The position numbers and the translations under genes are program-made. The notes below the pieces were generated by a model, which worked only from the letters and a program-made list of their open reading frames with translations, had not been told where the DNA came from and did not search any database. A stretch of DNA of 62,260 bases, filler included, from Schmidtea nova (Eukaryota): NCBI GenBank assembly GCA_044892505.1. It is 5 parts of 2 records of this genome, joined end to end, with 100 filler letters (N's around TTAATTAATTAA, not from the genome) between each part and the next. Parts side by side here need not be neighbours in the genome. Positions count along the whole stretch, not along the records: positions 7,321 to 16,893 come from CM097882.1; positions 16,994 to 43,322 come from CM097882.1; 3 more parts are not named here. One strand, given 5' to 3'. Below are positions 11,910-24,174 of the stretch, in pieces. Numbering within the stretch: the stretch's first letter is position 1; every line of letters starts with the position of its first letter.

Positions 11910-14330
11910 CAGTGGGTGGCAAATTTATTGGCCAAAGAGCCAAATATGTACATAACAACGATTAAAAAAATTCTGAGAACCAAATCTGTTTTTTTATTTA
12001 GTAAACTTTTATTATAATTTTAGACCTTCATTAAATTATGGGTACACTGAATAAAACTTGATTTCACACTTATTAAAGATTTATTCGTTGATAAACAATT
12101 ACTTGAAAGTAAGGAATCCATAAATTTAAATCATGAAAATGACTGACAAACACTTAATGCGAACAATGTCATTGTATCTCCTTGGAAAGTTTCAGTAAGT
12201 CAGGTTTGTATGTTATTGTTTTTAATTTTAGACATGATTCAAAGTTTTCAACAATAAGATGACTTCTCAGTTTACTTTTGATAAAGTCCATGCTTGAAAA
12301 AAGATTTTTCGCATGAATATGTTGAACCAAAAGGGGAAAGAACAGCAAACGCGAGTTTTTTCAGATGATCGTAAAAGTCTGGAATACTATTCCAGGCGTC
12401 GAAAATGATCATTTCTTTCTTCTCCAGGTCTTTCAAAGCAGACCACTTGTGTTGTGAACTAAGATCACATTTGTTCTTCTCCAATATTTCCAAATCAATA
12501 CAAAGACGTTGAAATTTAGAGCTTCATATCTCCTTATTTTTTTAAATCATGCAATTGTATTTCAAAGTTCCCAATGTCAATTCAAAAGGAAAAAAATTCA
12601 ACTCAGTTATCGTAGAATTAAGAGGATCTTTGACGAATTCTAAGGTCGCTCTGTTGTTTTTAAACTCTTGAAAGCTGCTGAGAAATGCTTCCTCATATTT
12701 AAAATTGGTGTTTTGAAATGGTGTTTGCCAATGAAAGAATTATTTTCTTGGCGATCCTTGCTTCACTTTCAACATCTTGAGCAAAAAGGGATAATTTGTT
12801 TTCGAATGAAATGACTTCTTCTAACATCGAAAAAATTGTGTTACCTTTCCCTTGTAGTTAACGGTTAAGCTGATTTAGATGAGACATAACGTCTACCATG
12901 AAATGAGATATTTGGATCCATTGATTGTCTGTAAGTTCTGGATAGTGAACACCCTTCTCAATTAGAAATACTTCAATTTCTGGAATTAAGGACGTGAAAC
13001 AATCGAGCCTTGTTATAAATCAGAAGATCAGCGTACTAAATTCTCCAATTCAACTAAATATTCTTTGAATTGACGTTAATTAAGAGCTTTAGCTACAATA
13101 AAGTTAATGATCGTAATCACTAATTTTATAACTTTACTTACTTCTTCCGGAAATGTCTGCGCACAAAGCGCTTCTTGGTGAATAATGCAGTGATAAGCCA
13201 ATATCTCGTGATTAATATTTTCGTTTTAAAATGGCAACAAACCCTTTTCTTCCGCCGGTAATACTTTTGGCCTCGTCTGTTGAAATTGACACAATTTTAT
13301 CGAGAGGAATATGTTATTTATCCATACACTCCACCCCAGCATTTGCAATATCCTCTCCACGCGTCTGACCTTTGAGTGGCAATAATGTTAAGGGTTTTTC
13401 TTTAAGACCTGAGTGAGAAATAAATCTTACAAAAAGCGAAAGTTGCGCTGTATCACTTATGTCACAAGACTCGTCAACTGCTATTGATAAAGCTGAAACC
13501 AATATCAGATATTCGATTTGTTGGATGGTTATATTGGAATTTGGTTATATTTTAATTGTTCTATCTTTCATTGTTTTGGCAGACAATGGTAACTCTTTTA
13601 TTATTTTAAGAATATCTGCTCTGTTCTTAACCCCTTTACCGGTAGACCCGAGGATACTCGTCAAGCCGAAACCGGTTGATAACCGGTAGATCCGAGTTAA
13701 CTCGTTTTATAGATTTATGTTATTAGTTAGTTAACTGTTATTCGTTATTAGTTGTTCGTTATTGTTGATAACGATGATTGAAAAAAAATTAAAAAATTAA
13801 ATTTTTTTATAATCGCCAATAAAGTCGCCAATTAAGGGTCGATTTCAAAAAAAAAAGTTGACGGTAAAAGGGTTAAAATCTCGAAATAGATCTTCGTATG
13901 TATTGATAAAACAATGTTTTATGTACTCGCTGTCTGTGTACAGTTTCCATCTCCTAGAAATCTCTTGACTAACAACAAAACTTGCCATATTAACATTGCT
14001 GGAAGATTGCATCCAGTAATTACGTGTAAATACAGAAGTTTATGAATCGTGACTCTTTTAAATTTCCTCAACTGCTTTATTCTTTGCATCACCGGCAGGA
14101 TATTTAGTGTTAAATGACGCATGGTTACTTGTAAAGTATCTCTCCAAATTTGACTTATTGTTGTGAGTAAATTTCTCCTTACAAATAAGACATGTCGGGT
14201 GGCCATTCAATTTTCGAATAAATGCAAAATCTTTGGTCCACTCAACTCTGAATTTTTTTTCATTGTTAGGTACACAATATTTTGGCACAACCTTTATCAA
14301 GTGTATATTTGATAAAGGATGTGCCAAAAT
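11910..14330 (-). mobile_element. Degenerate hAT transposon (Charlie/GTF2IRD2-like transposase pseudogene)
   Basis: TIR-like CAGTGGGTGGCAAATTTATTGGCC at 11910. Fragments FRVEWTKDF...CLIC...SNLERYF (BED-like), SIAVDESCDISDTAQLSLFVR (catalytic D) and FGSTYSCEKSF (dimerization domain), with many stops and frameshifts. Confidence 0.88.
13627..13876. mobile_element. piggyBac-type MITE (242 bp) inserted into the hAT transposase
   Basis: TTAA (13627-30) | CCCCTTTACCG ... CGGTAAAAGGG | TTAA (13873-76): TTAA target duplication and CCC...GGG termini. Confidence 0.8.
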
Positions 14331-14340
14331 ATCGTGTATT
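14271..14340. repeat. Diverged inverted pair of the Penelope hammerhead-motif tail, inserted at the hAT transposase N-terminus
   Basis: ACACAATATTTTGGCACAACCTTTATCAAGTGT followed by TTGATAAAGGATGTGCCAAAATATCGTGT, matching 25773-25813 in both orientations. Confidence 0.75.
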
Positions 14341-15387
14341 TAACTACCAAAAAATATTTTGACTATAGTCATACAATTATAAATATGAAAATTATTGATT
14401 TATTGATAATAAATTAACAACAACAATATCACAGTTAATTCAAATTCATCAATATTTATTCACTCAAGCTTACCGTTCATTGCAACACGGACATAACAGC
14501 TGGACCCAAATAGTGAGACAAGTTTTGCCTTCGAAAATATTCTTTAAATATCTATATCGTTTGCTTACTTTTATAAAAATTTTCACGGACTTCTTTTAAT
14601 ATTTTTGACTGTTTATACAGCAGTTTCATCCTAACTGCCTTCCTTTCATTTCCTGCATGCCCAAGCTGTAAGTTGGCAATGAGTAAATGGCCGGAAAGCA
14701 ATTTTTGAATTCCTAAATTTTAATTTGTTTTCAAATTCTTTCAACAATTAAGTAGATGATTTTTAATTAATTTTGGCATTTTATATTTATTTCATTTTTT
14801 CAGGTATGGCTGCTCGATAATTAATGTTTTTAATAATTAATTTGTTTTATTCCGATTTATTTCCCCTCTCATTTCTCCTAACAAAAATGGCAACATTTTA
14901 GAAGTTTATTTTAATTTATAATTTATTTATCTATTTTATTTTTTTAAATACCTAATAATAACAATGAATAAAACTACTTCCATTTCGAAGTTAAACTTTT
15001 CATAGTAAACTCATTAGTAAATCATTAATTTTCAGAAATTAAAAGTTATTAATGTATGCGGTGATTACGGAAAAAATGAAATTCACATTGTCACGCATCA
15101 TTGAATTTTATGTTTCATCTTATTGTTGTTGGCACATGTAAATTTTTTTCGTTTTAACATTCAAATAACTTGTCAAATAACAATTAAAATGCAATTACAA
15201 TTGCAAATACATGCTTAAAATATGTTAATAATAAAACAGTTTGTCTGTTTTGGTTTAGATTTATTTTTAAAAATTTAATAAAACTAATATAATTCAGTAG
15301 ATTTATTTTATAGTCGAATTTTTGTTTAAATTATTTTAAGAGAATTTTATTAAATTTAATCGCTCCAATTCTGGATAAGCTGAATTT

Positions 15388-16030
15388 TGATGCAAGGCTT
15401 GTGTTATTGTGATGAAAGGGTTGTGTTATTGTGATGCAAGGGTTGTGTTATTGTGATGCAAGGGTTGTGTTATTGTGATGCAAGGGTTGTGTTATTGTGA
15501 TGAAAGGGTTGTGTTATTGTGATGAAAGGGTTGTGTTATTGTGATGCAAGGGTTGTGTTATTGTGATGCAAGGGTTGTGTTATTGTGTTGCAAGGGTTGT
15601 GTTATTGTGATGAAAGGGTTGTGTTATTGTGATGAAAGGGTTGTGTTATTGTGATGCAAGGGTTGTGTTATTGTGATGCAAGGGTTGTGTTATTGTGATG
15701 AAAGGGTTGTGTTATTGTGATGCAAGGGTTGTGTTATTGTGATGCAAGGGTTGTGTTATTGTGATGAAATGGTTGTGTTATTGTGATGCAAGGGTTGTGT
15801 TATTGTGATGAAAGGGTTGTGTTATTGTGATGCAAGGGTTGTGTTATTGTGATGCAAGGGTTGTGTTATTGTGATGAAATGGTTGTGTTATTGTGATGCA
15901 AGGGTTGTGTTATTGTGATGCAAGGGTTGTGTTATTGTGATGAAATGGTTGTGTTATTGTGATGCAAGGGTTGTGTTATTGTGATGAAAGGGTTGTGTTA
16001 TTGTGATGCAAGGGTTGTGTTATTGTGATG
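15388..16030. repeat. 22-bp minisatellite, ~29 copies (GGGTTGTGTTATTGTGATG(C/A)AA)
   Basis: Near-perfect tandem array with GCAA, GAAA and GAAAT variants. Confidence 0.97.
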
Positions 16031-16993
16031 GAAGAGGCTGAAGTTAAAAGTTGATATTTTGTGCGATGAATGAATTGAGCTACCTTACGTATATTATTTA
16101 CAATATTGGTTTCTTTTAAATAAGTCATGTTGAATTCTGTTTTCATAAATGATTATTTAAAACGTTTATTTAAATAACAATGTTTATTTTGTCTATAACG
16201 CAATCACACAACCAATCGATATTGGCAATGTGTTAACCACAACTAAGGGTAAGTTAACTAAAGGTGAACTACCAACTGATGTTACGGAGAGAACCAATTA
16301 TTCTCTAATAAACTTTGGTGCAAAACTGATTGATTTCTTTACTGATTTCTTTGAAACTCGCTCTAGTTGTTCTTCTGCTTCATCAAATTATTGTTGTATA
16401 AAAGGCAATTAGGAACTAAATTCCAAAATCAAATAAGACTACCAATTAAAGTTGCTAATAATTAAACTATTATCTGCTAACAGTAGCTCCAGAAACATTG
16501 GTGATTCGACAATTATCTTACAATAATGGTTCTGGAGCTCCAAAGAAATCTAATCATCCCCTATGTGACAGACCGACACTGCCTGTCACAATCGGCAATC
16601 TTCTTTTCCTTCGGGGATTTTCATCGATTTTTTGCATAATTAAGAAGATAATTAATTTATTTTTACTTTTGAAATGCAATTACCTGGTGACCATTTAATA
16701 TTGATTTTTAAGTTTAATTAATTTTAAATTAGTTTCACTCTTAATTTAAATATTTAAGTTTTACATACTTTACATTTGAATTTTGCCTTTTTTCATTTTT
16801 ATTTGTATATTTTTGTGCAACCCCAACACATTTTAAAATAAATTTTTGCATTTCAATCAATTTTTTTCAATTTGCATTTTAATTACTTAGTTANNNNNNN
16901 NNNNNNNNNNNNNNNNNNNNNNNNNNNNNNNNNNNNNTTAATTAATTAANNNNNNNNNNNNNNNNNNNNNNNNNNNNNNNNNNNNNNNNNNNN

Positions 16994-19565
16994 GCCCAAC
17001 CGTACAAATTATTAATGTCGATGTAAAGTAGTTCAGTCGTTTCGGAGGATACTGCGTGATGTTTGTTGACAAATGTCAAACCACCACGGATCCCCCCTTC
17101 GAAAAAATTTATACATTTCCATATCCTGGAGCAATTCAATAGGTTCATCCAAGGTAATAAGCGCAGAAGCCCACGACATACCTGGAATCCCCAAGAAATT
17201 CAATGGTTCTAACCTATTATGAGAAATCGACTTGGCTCTAAACTGTTGAAAGAAGTCAGTAAGAAGAAAGACGTCAAGTTTTAAGTATATCATCATGTAG
17301 TCACAAAGAGTTTGACAATTAGTTTCCCTCCAAATAACTAAAGCCTTGTCGTATTCAGCCTGCTTAACACCCTCCCAGATTGGTGGTAATTCATATGTTT
17401 CATTCATGACTTCTAACGATGTCGCAAAATTATAAGAAAAAATACCCTTACAATCAACAATAGTACCAGTGAATTCAGATCTAGTCAAAGGCAAAGAAGT
17501 CAATGTTTTAATCGCGTCATTTAAACTGGAGTTAATAAACTGACAAGAGTCAATGAATTTAATTGTTAAATCACCGACTCTTGCAGACAAAGTAAAGAAT
17601 TTTTCACTCGTAGTTGGAATACAAGATATTTTCCAAGTTGAAAAGTTAGCCAATCCATATTTAAGAATATGGTGCATGTCATACCCTTTTAAGTTATGAA
17701 AAACAACCGGTACTTCCTTACGAATCTGTCTAGTAAGATTACATTTTAAACAAGCAGCACCCAAGAATTCACCAGTGTAATGGTCATGATCTCTAACAGG
17801 ATTAACTAAACGATTTTTACAAAGATAACAAATTGTAGATGAGGCTAAAGATCTTTTATTATCAAATGTCATAAGAAGTGGTTTTTTGTAGTTATTTTTA
17901 TAAAAAGGAAAAACAATTTCTTCACCTATATTGCTAATTTCAGTAATAAAATTAGTAACGCAATCAAGACCTAAGAAACTCTTGTAAATATTTTCACCAG
18001 TAAAGTTATTAGCAAGTAAAAGTCCCGCAGATATAGGTACATGTCTTTGAAAGTACTTATCATCAGAAGGCAAGATTGCCTCAAAATTGGTGTAAACAAC
18101 AAAAGGTGGGGTAATTGTTTTGCCTCAATTACTAAATGTTAAATAAGGGTTTTTAGGTAAAGTATATAGAGTTGTGCCTAATTGATTTTTAGAACACAAC
18201 TCTTGATGACGAAAGAATGAATCTTGATATCTAAACCCATTCAAGCATCGATGACACCATATACTTTGAATACGAGTACCAGATATTGATTTATTGTCAA
18301 GATTTAAAAGTCTATCAAGATTGGTGACTGCTATATAATGAAAAGAGTCACCATTTTGCAAAAGAATCAAATTAATAGGAATTCCGTCTACTACTTTCGA
18401 CCTATGAATTATGTCAATACATGAATGTTTGAAAACTTCAGGCTTAGTGTCTAGAATTCCAGATTCATCATATGACAGTACGTTAATCGCATATCCCGGG
18501 TTTTTAGCTTCAAACTTTGGGATATTGCAAAGACGCATAGGTAAATCAGAAGGACTAAAGTTAACATCTGAAATATTGTAATTACTGGTTCCATGTTTAT
18601 TTTTACGACCAGATATCTCATCATATTTAATAATTACCAAAACAGAATAGATAAAACACAAGTCATCAGAATTATGAACATTTACAACACAATGTTTTGA
18701 CTTTAAAGATTCAGGAGTGTCAATACCACCGTAACCTATCAACCTACTAATCTCAGAAAATTTTGTTAAGATGAAATGAATAATTATCCAATTACTGCCC
18801 CTAGTATTAATTAATGTAATTTTTTTATTAAGAATATTAATGCCATCATCTAAAAAGGTATCTGTGACAGGTTGTGCAGAGTTCAAAATAACTATAGTTT
18901 GAAAAAAACCATCTTTTTCAAACTCGACTTCGATGCAAAATTGTATTTTAACAGTTCCCATCGAATCAATTACGTTATTTAATTTATTAATTAAATTAAC
19001 CGGTACAATCATTGTTTCTAAATTCAAGTTAGTGACAATCATTTTCACTATAGCATGTGATTTATTTAAATCAAATTTAACAATAGGTAAAAGAGAACCA
19101 CCAACCTGTACTTCAGGAACTAAAGAGTATTTATCGTCAGAAATTTTATTAAAAAGAACCACCAATTTGAATATTATAATTAACAATTGAATCAGGAACA
19201 AACCAGTCTACAACCACAAAATCAGAAAGATTATTTATATCAAGATTGTTATCATCAGGAATGATATAATCATCAGAAATTACAACTATATCTGAAGGAA
19301 CAACTGAAGTTACACCTGAAGGAACAATTGAAGAAATATCATCAGAAAGAACTGACTTAATAATTTTGATTGGGTTTGGACTATAGTCATTACATTTTCT
19401 TTTAAGCGGTAATTTAAAAATAGATTTTTTCGATATTTTAAATTGATCTAAATGCTCGCAATGAGTCTTGTAAAAGTAAATATATGAAGAGGATGAAGTA
19501 GATTTGCAAAAAGGGCAAATGTAGTAGTTTTTACAGTTATAAGGGTATGCATAATATCTTTCCAT
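16994..19565 (-). pseudogene. polB: Polinton pPolB copy 2, N-terminal two-thirds: Zn-finger-like segment, OTU-like protease domain, C2H2 finger, exonuclease with EndoVII/HNH insertion, up to motif A
   Basis: Three track ORFs join through a +1 T in a T5 run (~19150), an in-frame TGA (18127-18125) and a +1 T in a T6 run (~17105). Motifs VNVHNSDDLCFIYSVL...FHYIAVTNL, WCHRC...FFRHQELC, degraded ExoI PFVVYTNFE, CYLC...RDHDHYTG...ACLKCN, FHNLKGYD and YIDINNLYGW. 44/67 identical to copy 1 in a hand-aligned block. Confidence 0.92.
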
Positions 19566-19749
19566 TAATTCATGACATTTTACATCATGAATTGTAGAGT
19601 TGCAATAATTTTGATATAAATTGCCTATAAATTTTAAAAATATTATAAAAATAATGATAAAAATTAAGATAAAATATCAATGATGTATATATATTAAGTG
19701 TGTATACACATTCATTTCAAAATATCGTAATATATATTTATTGATTATG

Positions 19750-19782
19750 ATTGGTTAAATTAATTTAAAATTTCTATATAAA
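19750..19782 (+). promoter_or_regulatory. ATTGGTT (inverted CCAAT) plus TATA box of the spliced orphan gene
   Basis: ATTGGTT at 19750-19756 and TATATAAA at 19775-19782, about 30 nt before ATG 19813. Confidence 0.5.
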
Positions 19783-19812
19783 CGACTTATAAAATTAATA
19801 TAATCATTAAAA

Positions 19813-20289
19813 ATGTATCAACTGAAAAGTAAGATTAATTAATTTTAAATGATTATTTTTAAATTTCTTTTTCTAGAATCGAAAAGAATGACAAAACAAG
19901 AAATAATGAAGATTATTCTTGAAGAAAATCCTAATTCTTCATCTAATTTGGTATTGAATCCACCAGTTCAATTCATGCAATACTCGATGGAGTATTTGAA
20001 ATATCCGATCAAATATACATTTAAAGTAAATAATTAAATATTATAAAAATCTAATTAATATTATTTACAGGAACCTGTTACATTGAAACAATGTCAATAC
20101 AATATTCAGGTTGGAAAAATCGGGGAAATTGATAGAAAGAACCTATCTGAAATTTTATTGCTAATCAATAAAGATATTCAATTCAACGTCGAATTTACAT
20201 ATATGAATTGTAAAAAAGAAACAGATTTAGGCAAATTAGATGAAAATTCAATGTATGAAATCAAAATTATGTTACAAGGCTTTAAATAA
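19813..20289 (+). CDS. Three-exon orphan protein, 127 aa, inside the Polinton and divergent from pPolB copy 2
   Basis: Exons 19813-19828, 19877-20025 and 20071-20289. Introns GTAAGA..TTCTAG (48 nt) and GTAAAT..CTAAT..TTACAG (45 nt). Both splices preserve frame and join the two track ORFs: MYQLKKSKRMTKQEIM...YTFK|EPVTLKQC...LQGFK. Confidence 0.7.
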
Positions 20290-20429
20290 ACCGATAATGT
20301 GATAAAACCTATTTGGAAAATTATTGATTTTTCACGAATAAACTCTTGTTTAATTTATTTTTTCTTTAAATATTTTAAAAATGATTTTACTTATTTTGAA
20401 ATAAATGTGTTTAATTCAATTAATTTTTA

Positions 20430-20625
20430 AAAATAATATAAAAATGTGTCAATACTAAAATATATTTAATGAAATAATCATTTATTTAATTGCTAATAAT
20501 ATAAAAATGTGTCAATTATAAAATATATTTAATGAAATAAAAAATAATCATTTATTTAATTGTTAAAAATATAAAAATCTGCCAATTATAAAATATATTT
20601 AATTAAAAAATAATCATTTATTTAA
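20430..20625. repeat. ~62-67 bp AT-rich degenerate tandem repeat x3
   Basis: AATATAAAAAT(G/C)TG(T/C)CAAT...AAAATATATTTAAT...ATAATCATTTATTTAATT repeated three times. Confidence 0.75.
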
Positions 20626-20658
20626 TTTCGTATAATATAAAAATACTCACATTTAATA

Positions 20659-20820
20659 GAAAATTTCTTTGACATATTGTTCATAGATAATTTCTTTAGC
20701 ATATTATTCTTAGAAAATTTCTTTGGCATATTATTCTTAGAAAATTTCTTTGGCATATTGTTCATAGATAATTTCTTTAGCATATTGTTCTTAGAAAATT
20801 TCTTTGACATATTGTTCGAC
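20659..20820. repeat. 27-bp tandem repeat x6
   Basis: GA(A/T)AATTTCTTT(GA/AG/GG)CATATT(G/A)TTC(A/T)TA units starting at 20659, 20686, 20713, 20740, 20767 and 20794. Confidence 0.92.
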
Positions 20821-21089
20821 TTATTTGTTGGCATATTATTCATATTTCTATATCTGTAAATAAAAATTAAAAAATAATCATAAAAAATAAACATGCTTAC
20901 TAAAGTTGGCTTGTTGTTAAAATTGTCATTTATTTAAACGAAATTTTTTAAAAATAGTAATATAATTTAATTTAAAATTACATTAATTTAATTAAATATT
21001 TAAAATATGTATTTAAAAATATTTTCAACTATAATTTAACAAATTAATTCAAACATAAATAGAAAAAGTCGTTTTATAATAAAAAAATT

Positions 21090-21468
21090 TTATTTCATAT
21101 ATTTTAGCCAAGCTAAACAATGTTGTCCACAGGTTTTTGTCATAGGATTTTGATACCGAATTCTGTTATAATCTATTGGTTTTAACATTGACGATAATTT
21201 TTTCAATAATATCGGTGGATAATAAAATCCCATTGGATCAAACACGTATATTTTATCGGGTTTATTATAAATTGCAAGCCAATGTTCACCTTTGAGATTT
21301 GATGATTGAATATTGACAATCAATGCTTTATTCACATCTATATACGGTATTTTATCTAGTGGAAAAACTCCTAGAAATTCCGATCCAATCAATTTTCTAG
21401 CAATCTGATCTACCTGAATTGAACTAAAATCAATAAAATTTAATTATTAAAAATAAATCTTACTTCAT
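21090..21468 (-). CDS. Adenain-like (adenoviral-type) cysteine protease of the Polinton; spliced start, ~112 aa
   Basis: FLGVFPLD...GEHWLAIY...FDPMG...YQNPMTKTCGQHC supplies the catalytic H, D, Q and C. No in-frame ATG, but ATG AA (21468-21464) plus intron GTAAGA..TTTTAG (21463-21424) plus T gives MNSIQVDQIARKLIG. Confidence 0.88.
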
Positions 21469-21538
21469 TTACTTTTTTAATTTATTAAAAATAAATCTTA
21501 CTTCATTTACCTTTTTAATTAATTAAAATTAGTTTATA

Positions 21539-22755
21539 TTAAACGAGTATTGTTCGATTAGCTGTAATTTGTAATTCCTTTTCAAAAACTCCATATACAA
21601 TTACAGAAACTGATTCAGTCAATGATGTACCAAATTTAATATCAAGTCTTAGATTACCTTGTTGAGGTAATTGACTTTGATTTAGGACAAAATCTGGAGC
21701 CAAAACGAAGGTGAAAAAAGGATATTTAGTTTTCCAATCTGATAAAGAAATACCACAATTCATACTCTTATTCAGGTAACCAAGGTTACGGATAATAGAT
21801 TGCATATAACTAGTACTACAATTATCATTTTCAAAATCTTGAGAATAATTTTCACGATAATCACTTCCTTTCGATAAAGTTAATTATTTGACATTAAAAT
21901 GATCGTAAATAGAATAAGTTTCAGTAAAAGAACCACTATGTCTTTTATTTCTTTGAAATGCTACAAGAATAAAGTTTGGTAATCGTCTATCACCACAGAT
22001 TTGTTCCTTATTAAATGAAGAAGAACCCATTGGCAATGTAAATTCTTATTTCTTATTGGATAAATTGCATTTCTTGTACCAAGTCCAATTTGATGCCCAG
22101 CCAAAACTGATGGTTCAACTCGAACTCTTCTAACCATTAATTTTGCCTCTAAAAATTCAATTATAGGTTCAATTTTTGTACATGTTAAACTATTGGATGG
22201 ATTTGATCTCGTCAATTTAATTTGAACACTAACACCAGGTAATAAATACTTGGGTTGTTCAATGAAATCGAAATGTAATGGTGAACAAATTGAAAATGGT
22301 TTTGATTTCGCAATCCATGCTTTTATAGTAAGATCATGGTCATTGTATCCCATTGGAGTTAAAGATGTGTGTTTTGTATCACTATTGTAGTTGAGAATAG
22401 TTTCAATCATGGCTTTGTGTGTAAATGTATCATTTCCTCCTTCAACTTTAGTAGAATTGAAAATTAATTCGGCTTCTTTAAAAAGAGTTTGGAAAAAGAA
22501 ATTGTTGGGAGTAACATCAGCATCCAATCCTAAATTTTCACCCGATTTGTTTACAACTTTGACCTGAAGAGATAGTAAAGTATCGTTCAAATCTAAATAT
22601 TCAGTTTGAGATCCGTTGATGTAAAATTGAATAGATGATGTCCCAGCATCTGTAATTGAATTTGTTGGGTAAATATCTTCAAATGCACCATGTTCAATTA
22701 CTGCTTGTGGAGATGGTCTATCAAAAAGACATAATTCAGATTTTGCACTAATCAT
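21539..22755 (-). pseudogene. Polinton major capsid protein (double jelly-roll, PY/hexon-like) with one frameshift and one stop
   Basis: N-terminus KSELCLFDRPSPQAVIEHG...IQFYING..EYLDL; C-terminus GNLRLDIKFG...VIVYGVFEKELQITANR. After a frameshift at ~22045 the frame FTLPMG..RLPNFILVAF..(TAA 21886-21884)..MQSIIRN links the two track ORFs. Confidence 0.88.
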
Positions 22756-23159
22756 TTTTCAAAAATTGTTCCATATCCTTTCATACTTTTGTTTATATGT
22801 TTCTTCATATTTCTTTTACGTTTAAGAATTCCGCCATTTTGTTTATTTTCAGTTTTATTTTCGTTAAACACATCAGTCACTTTACTAATTACTTGTGGCA
22901 AATGATGAATCACATCGGGTAATGAATCTTTAATTTCAGAAATGGCATTGGATTTTAGTGCAGGTAAAATCTTTGAATTATTATTTATCACATCATTGGC
23001 AGTTTTCATACCAAAATTTCCAATACGTCTAAGAATTGGTAATGCAAATCTACCTATCGTTTTCAACCAACCAGTTCCATATTGCTTACCTACAAAATAC
23101 GGTAATTCTCCACCTGATTGACTGTTGCTATAGAAACTGATAATATCTGGATTATTCAT
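22752..23159 (-). CDS. Small basic core/membrane-active protein (adenovirus pVI/pX-like; Polinton QxGxG family), 135 aa
   Basis: QSGG and QYGTG motifs, then amphipathic WLKTIGRFALPILRRIG and basic C-terminus QNGGILKRKRNMKK. Overlaps penton B by 8 nt and the MCP start by 4 nt. Confidence 0.7.
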   Translation of the reverse strand: MNNPDIISFYSNSQSGGELPYFVGKQYGTGWLKTIGRFALPILRRIGNFGMKTANDVINNNSKILPALKSNAISEIKDSLPDVIHHLPQVISKVTDVFNENKTENKQNGGILKRKRNMKKHINKSMKGYGTIFEK

Positions 23160-24174
23160 TTATTTTACGGAAATGTAATGTCAAGTAAGTTTTGTCTTCT
23201 TTTGCAAATTTAACTATTTTTCCACTGTCATCACGAATATTGATTTCAATATTGTTTATATATGTGGAACTGACCGGTAAATACATTAGATTTTTCTCAA
23301 CAATTTGAACCAAATCACCATTTTTATGTTTTTCAACCCAAACACATTTCAATAGGGGAACTGACATGTCACCAACAAGAATTGGTTGAATAATATTCGT
23401 ATAGATGAACATTTGTTGATGAAGTTTTAAAACTTGTGGATAATATACGCCATCAATAATTTTGTCAAAGAATTCTTGTTCAACTAATCCTAACGAATTT
23501 GCTAAATTCCTACTAAATTTTACACTAGTTATATCATCTTCAAGAATTAATTTAATTAATTTTCCTTCTTTAATATCAATCACTTTAAATGGATGTGGAT
23601 AAAAAGTTTCAATTTGATCAAATAATTCAGTAAGATTATTTATTATTAAATCGTCTTTGAAATTATCTGTGTATTCAACAGGATAAGTATAAGTTATAGT
23701 AAATCGTATAGTATCATCAAGTTTTTTATTTTCATTTGCTGGAATTTTAATTTTGTTTAATTCATCATAAAATGTCACAGCTTTTTCTTGAAACCCTAAT
23801 TTTTTAGCTTCATCAACACTATCAAATATTATTTAAAATGGAAAATATTTACAATTTACATTTAAAATATTGCCGTCAATATACATCAAATAATAATTAG
23901 AATCGTGACTTATATCATATTCTTTCTTTTGTTGGTTAAAATTGAAATATTCATAACTAAAATGTAATTCATTTCTAATAAATTTTATACTTGAACTATT
24001 ATAAAACGGAAATTCATTGTATACAAAAGTAAAATCCATAAGAGCAACTTCCCAACTACCATCCAAATAAATTGGGTTTTGATATTCAACATTGAATTTT
24101 CCAGCTTTATTATTAGGATGTGTCAATGGGCAAGAATTGCTTGGTAAATTAACATAAAAATCTTTTTTAATCAT
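23152..24174 (-). pseudogene. Polinton penton/minor capsid protein B (340 codons, one premature TAA)
   Basis: N-terminus FYVNLPSNS...NKAGKFNVEYQNPIYLDGSWEVAL; C-terminus MFIYTNII...VGD...PLL...YLPV...INNIEINIRDDSG...LTLHFRK. ORFs 23833-24174 and 23152-23778 are in frame across TAA 23835-23833, which aligns with Lys in penton A. Confidence 0.88.

Noticed and set aside
15388-16030. 12-mer TTGTGTTATTGT shared between the 22-bp minisatellite and the Penelope tail
   Set aside because: Low-complexity 12-mer; the rest of the unit does not match the tail.
20622-20894. ORF with KKFSKNNM repeats
   Set aside because: Translation of the 27-bp tandem repeat. It starts at TTG, and the only plausible upstream exon splices into a TAA.
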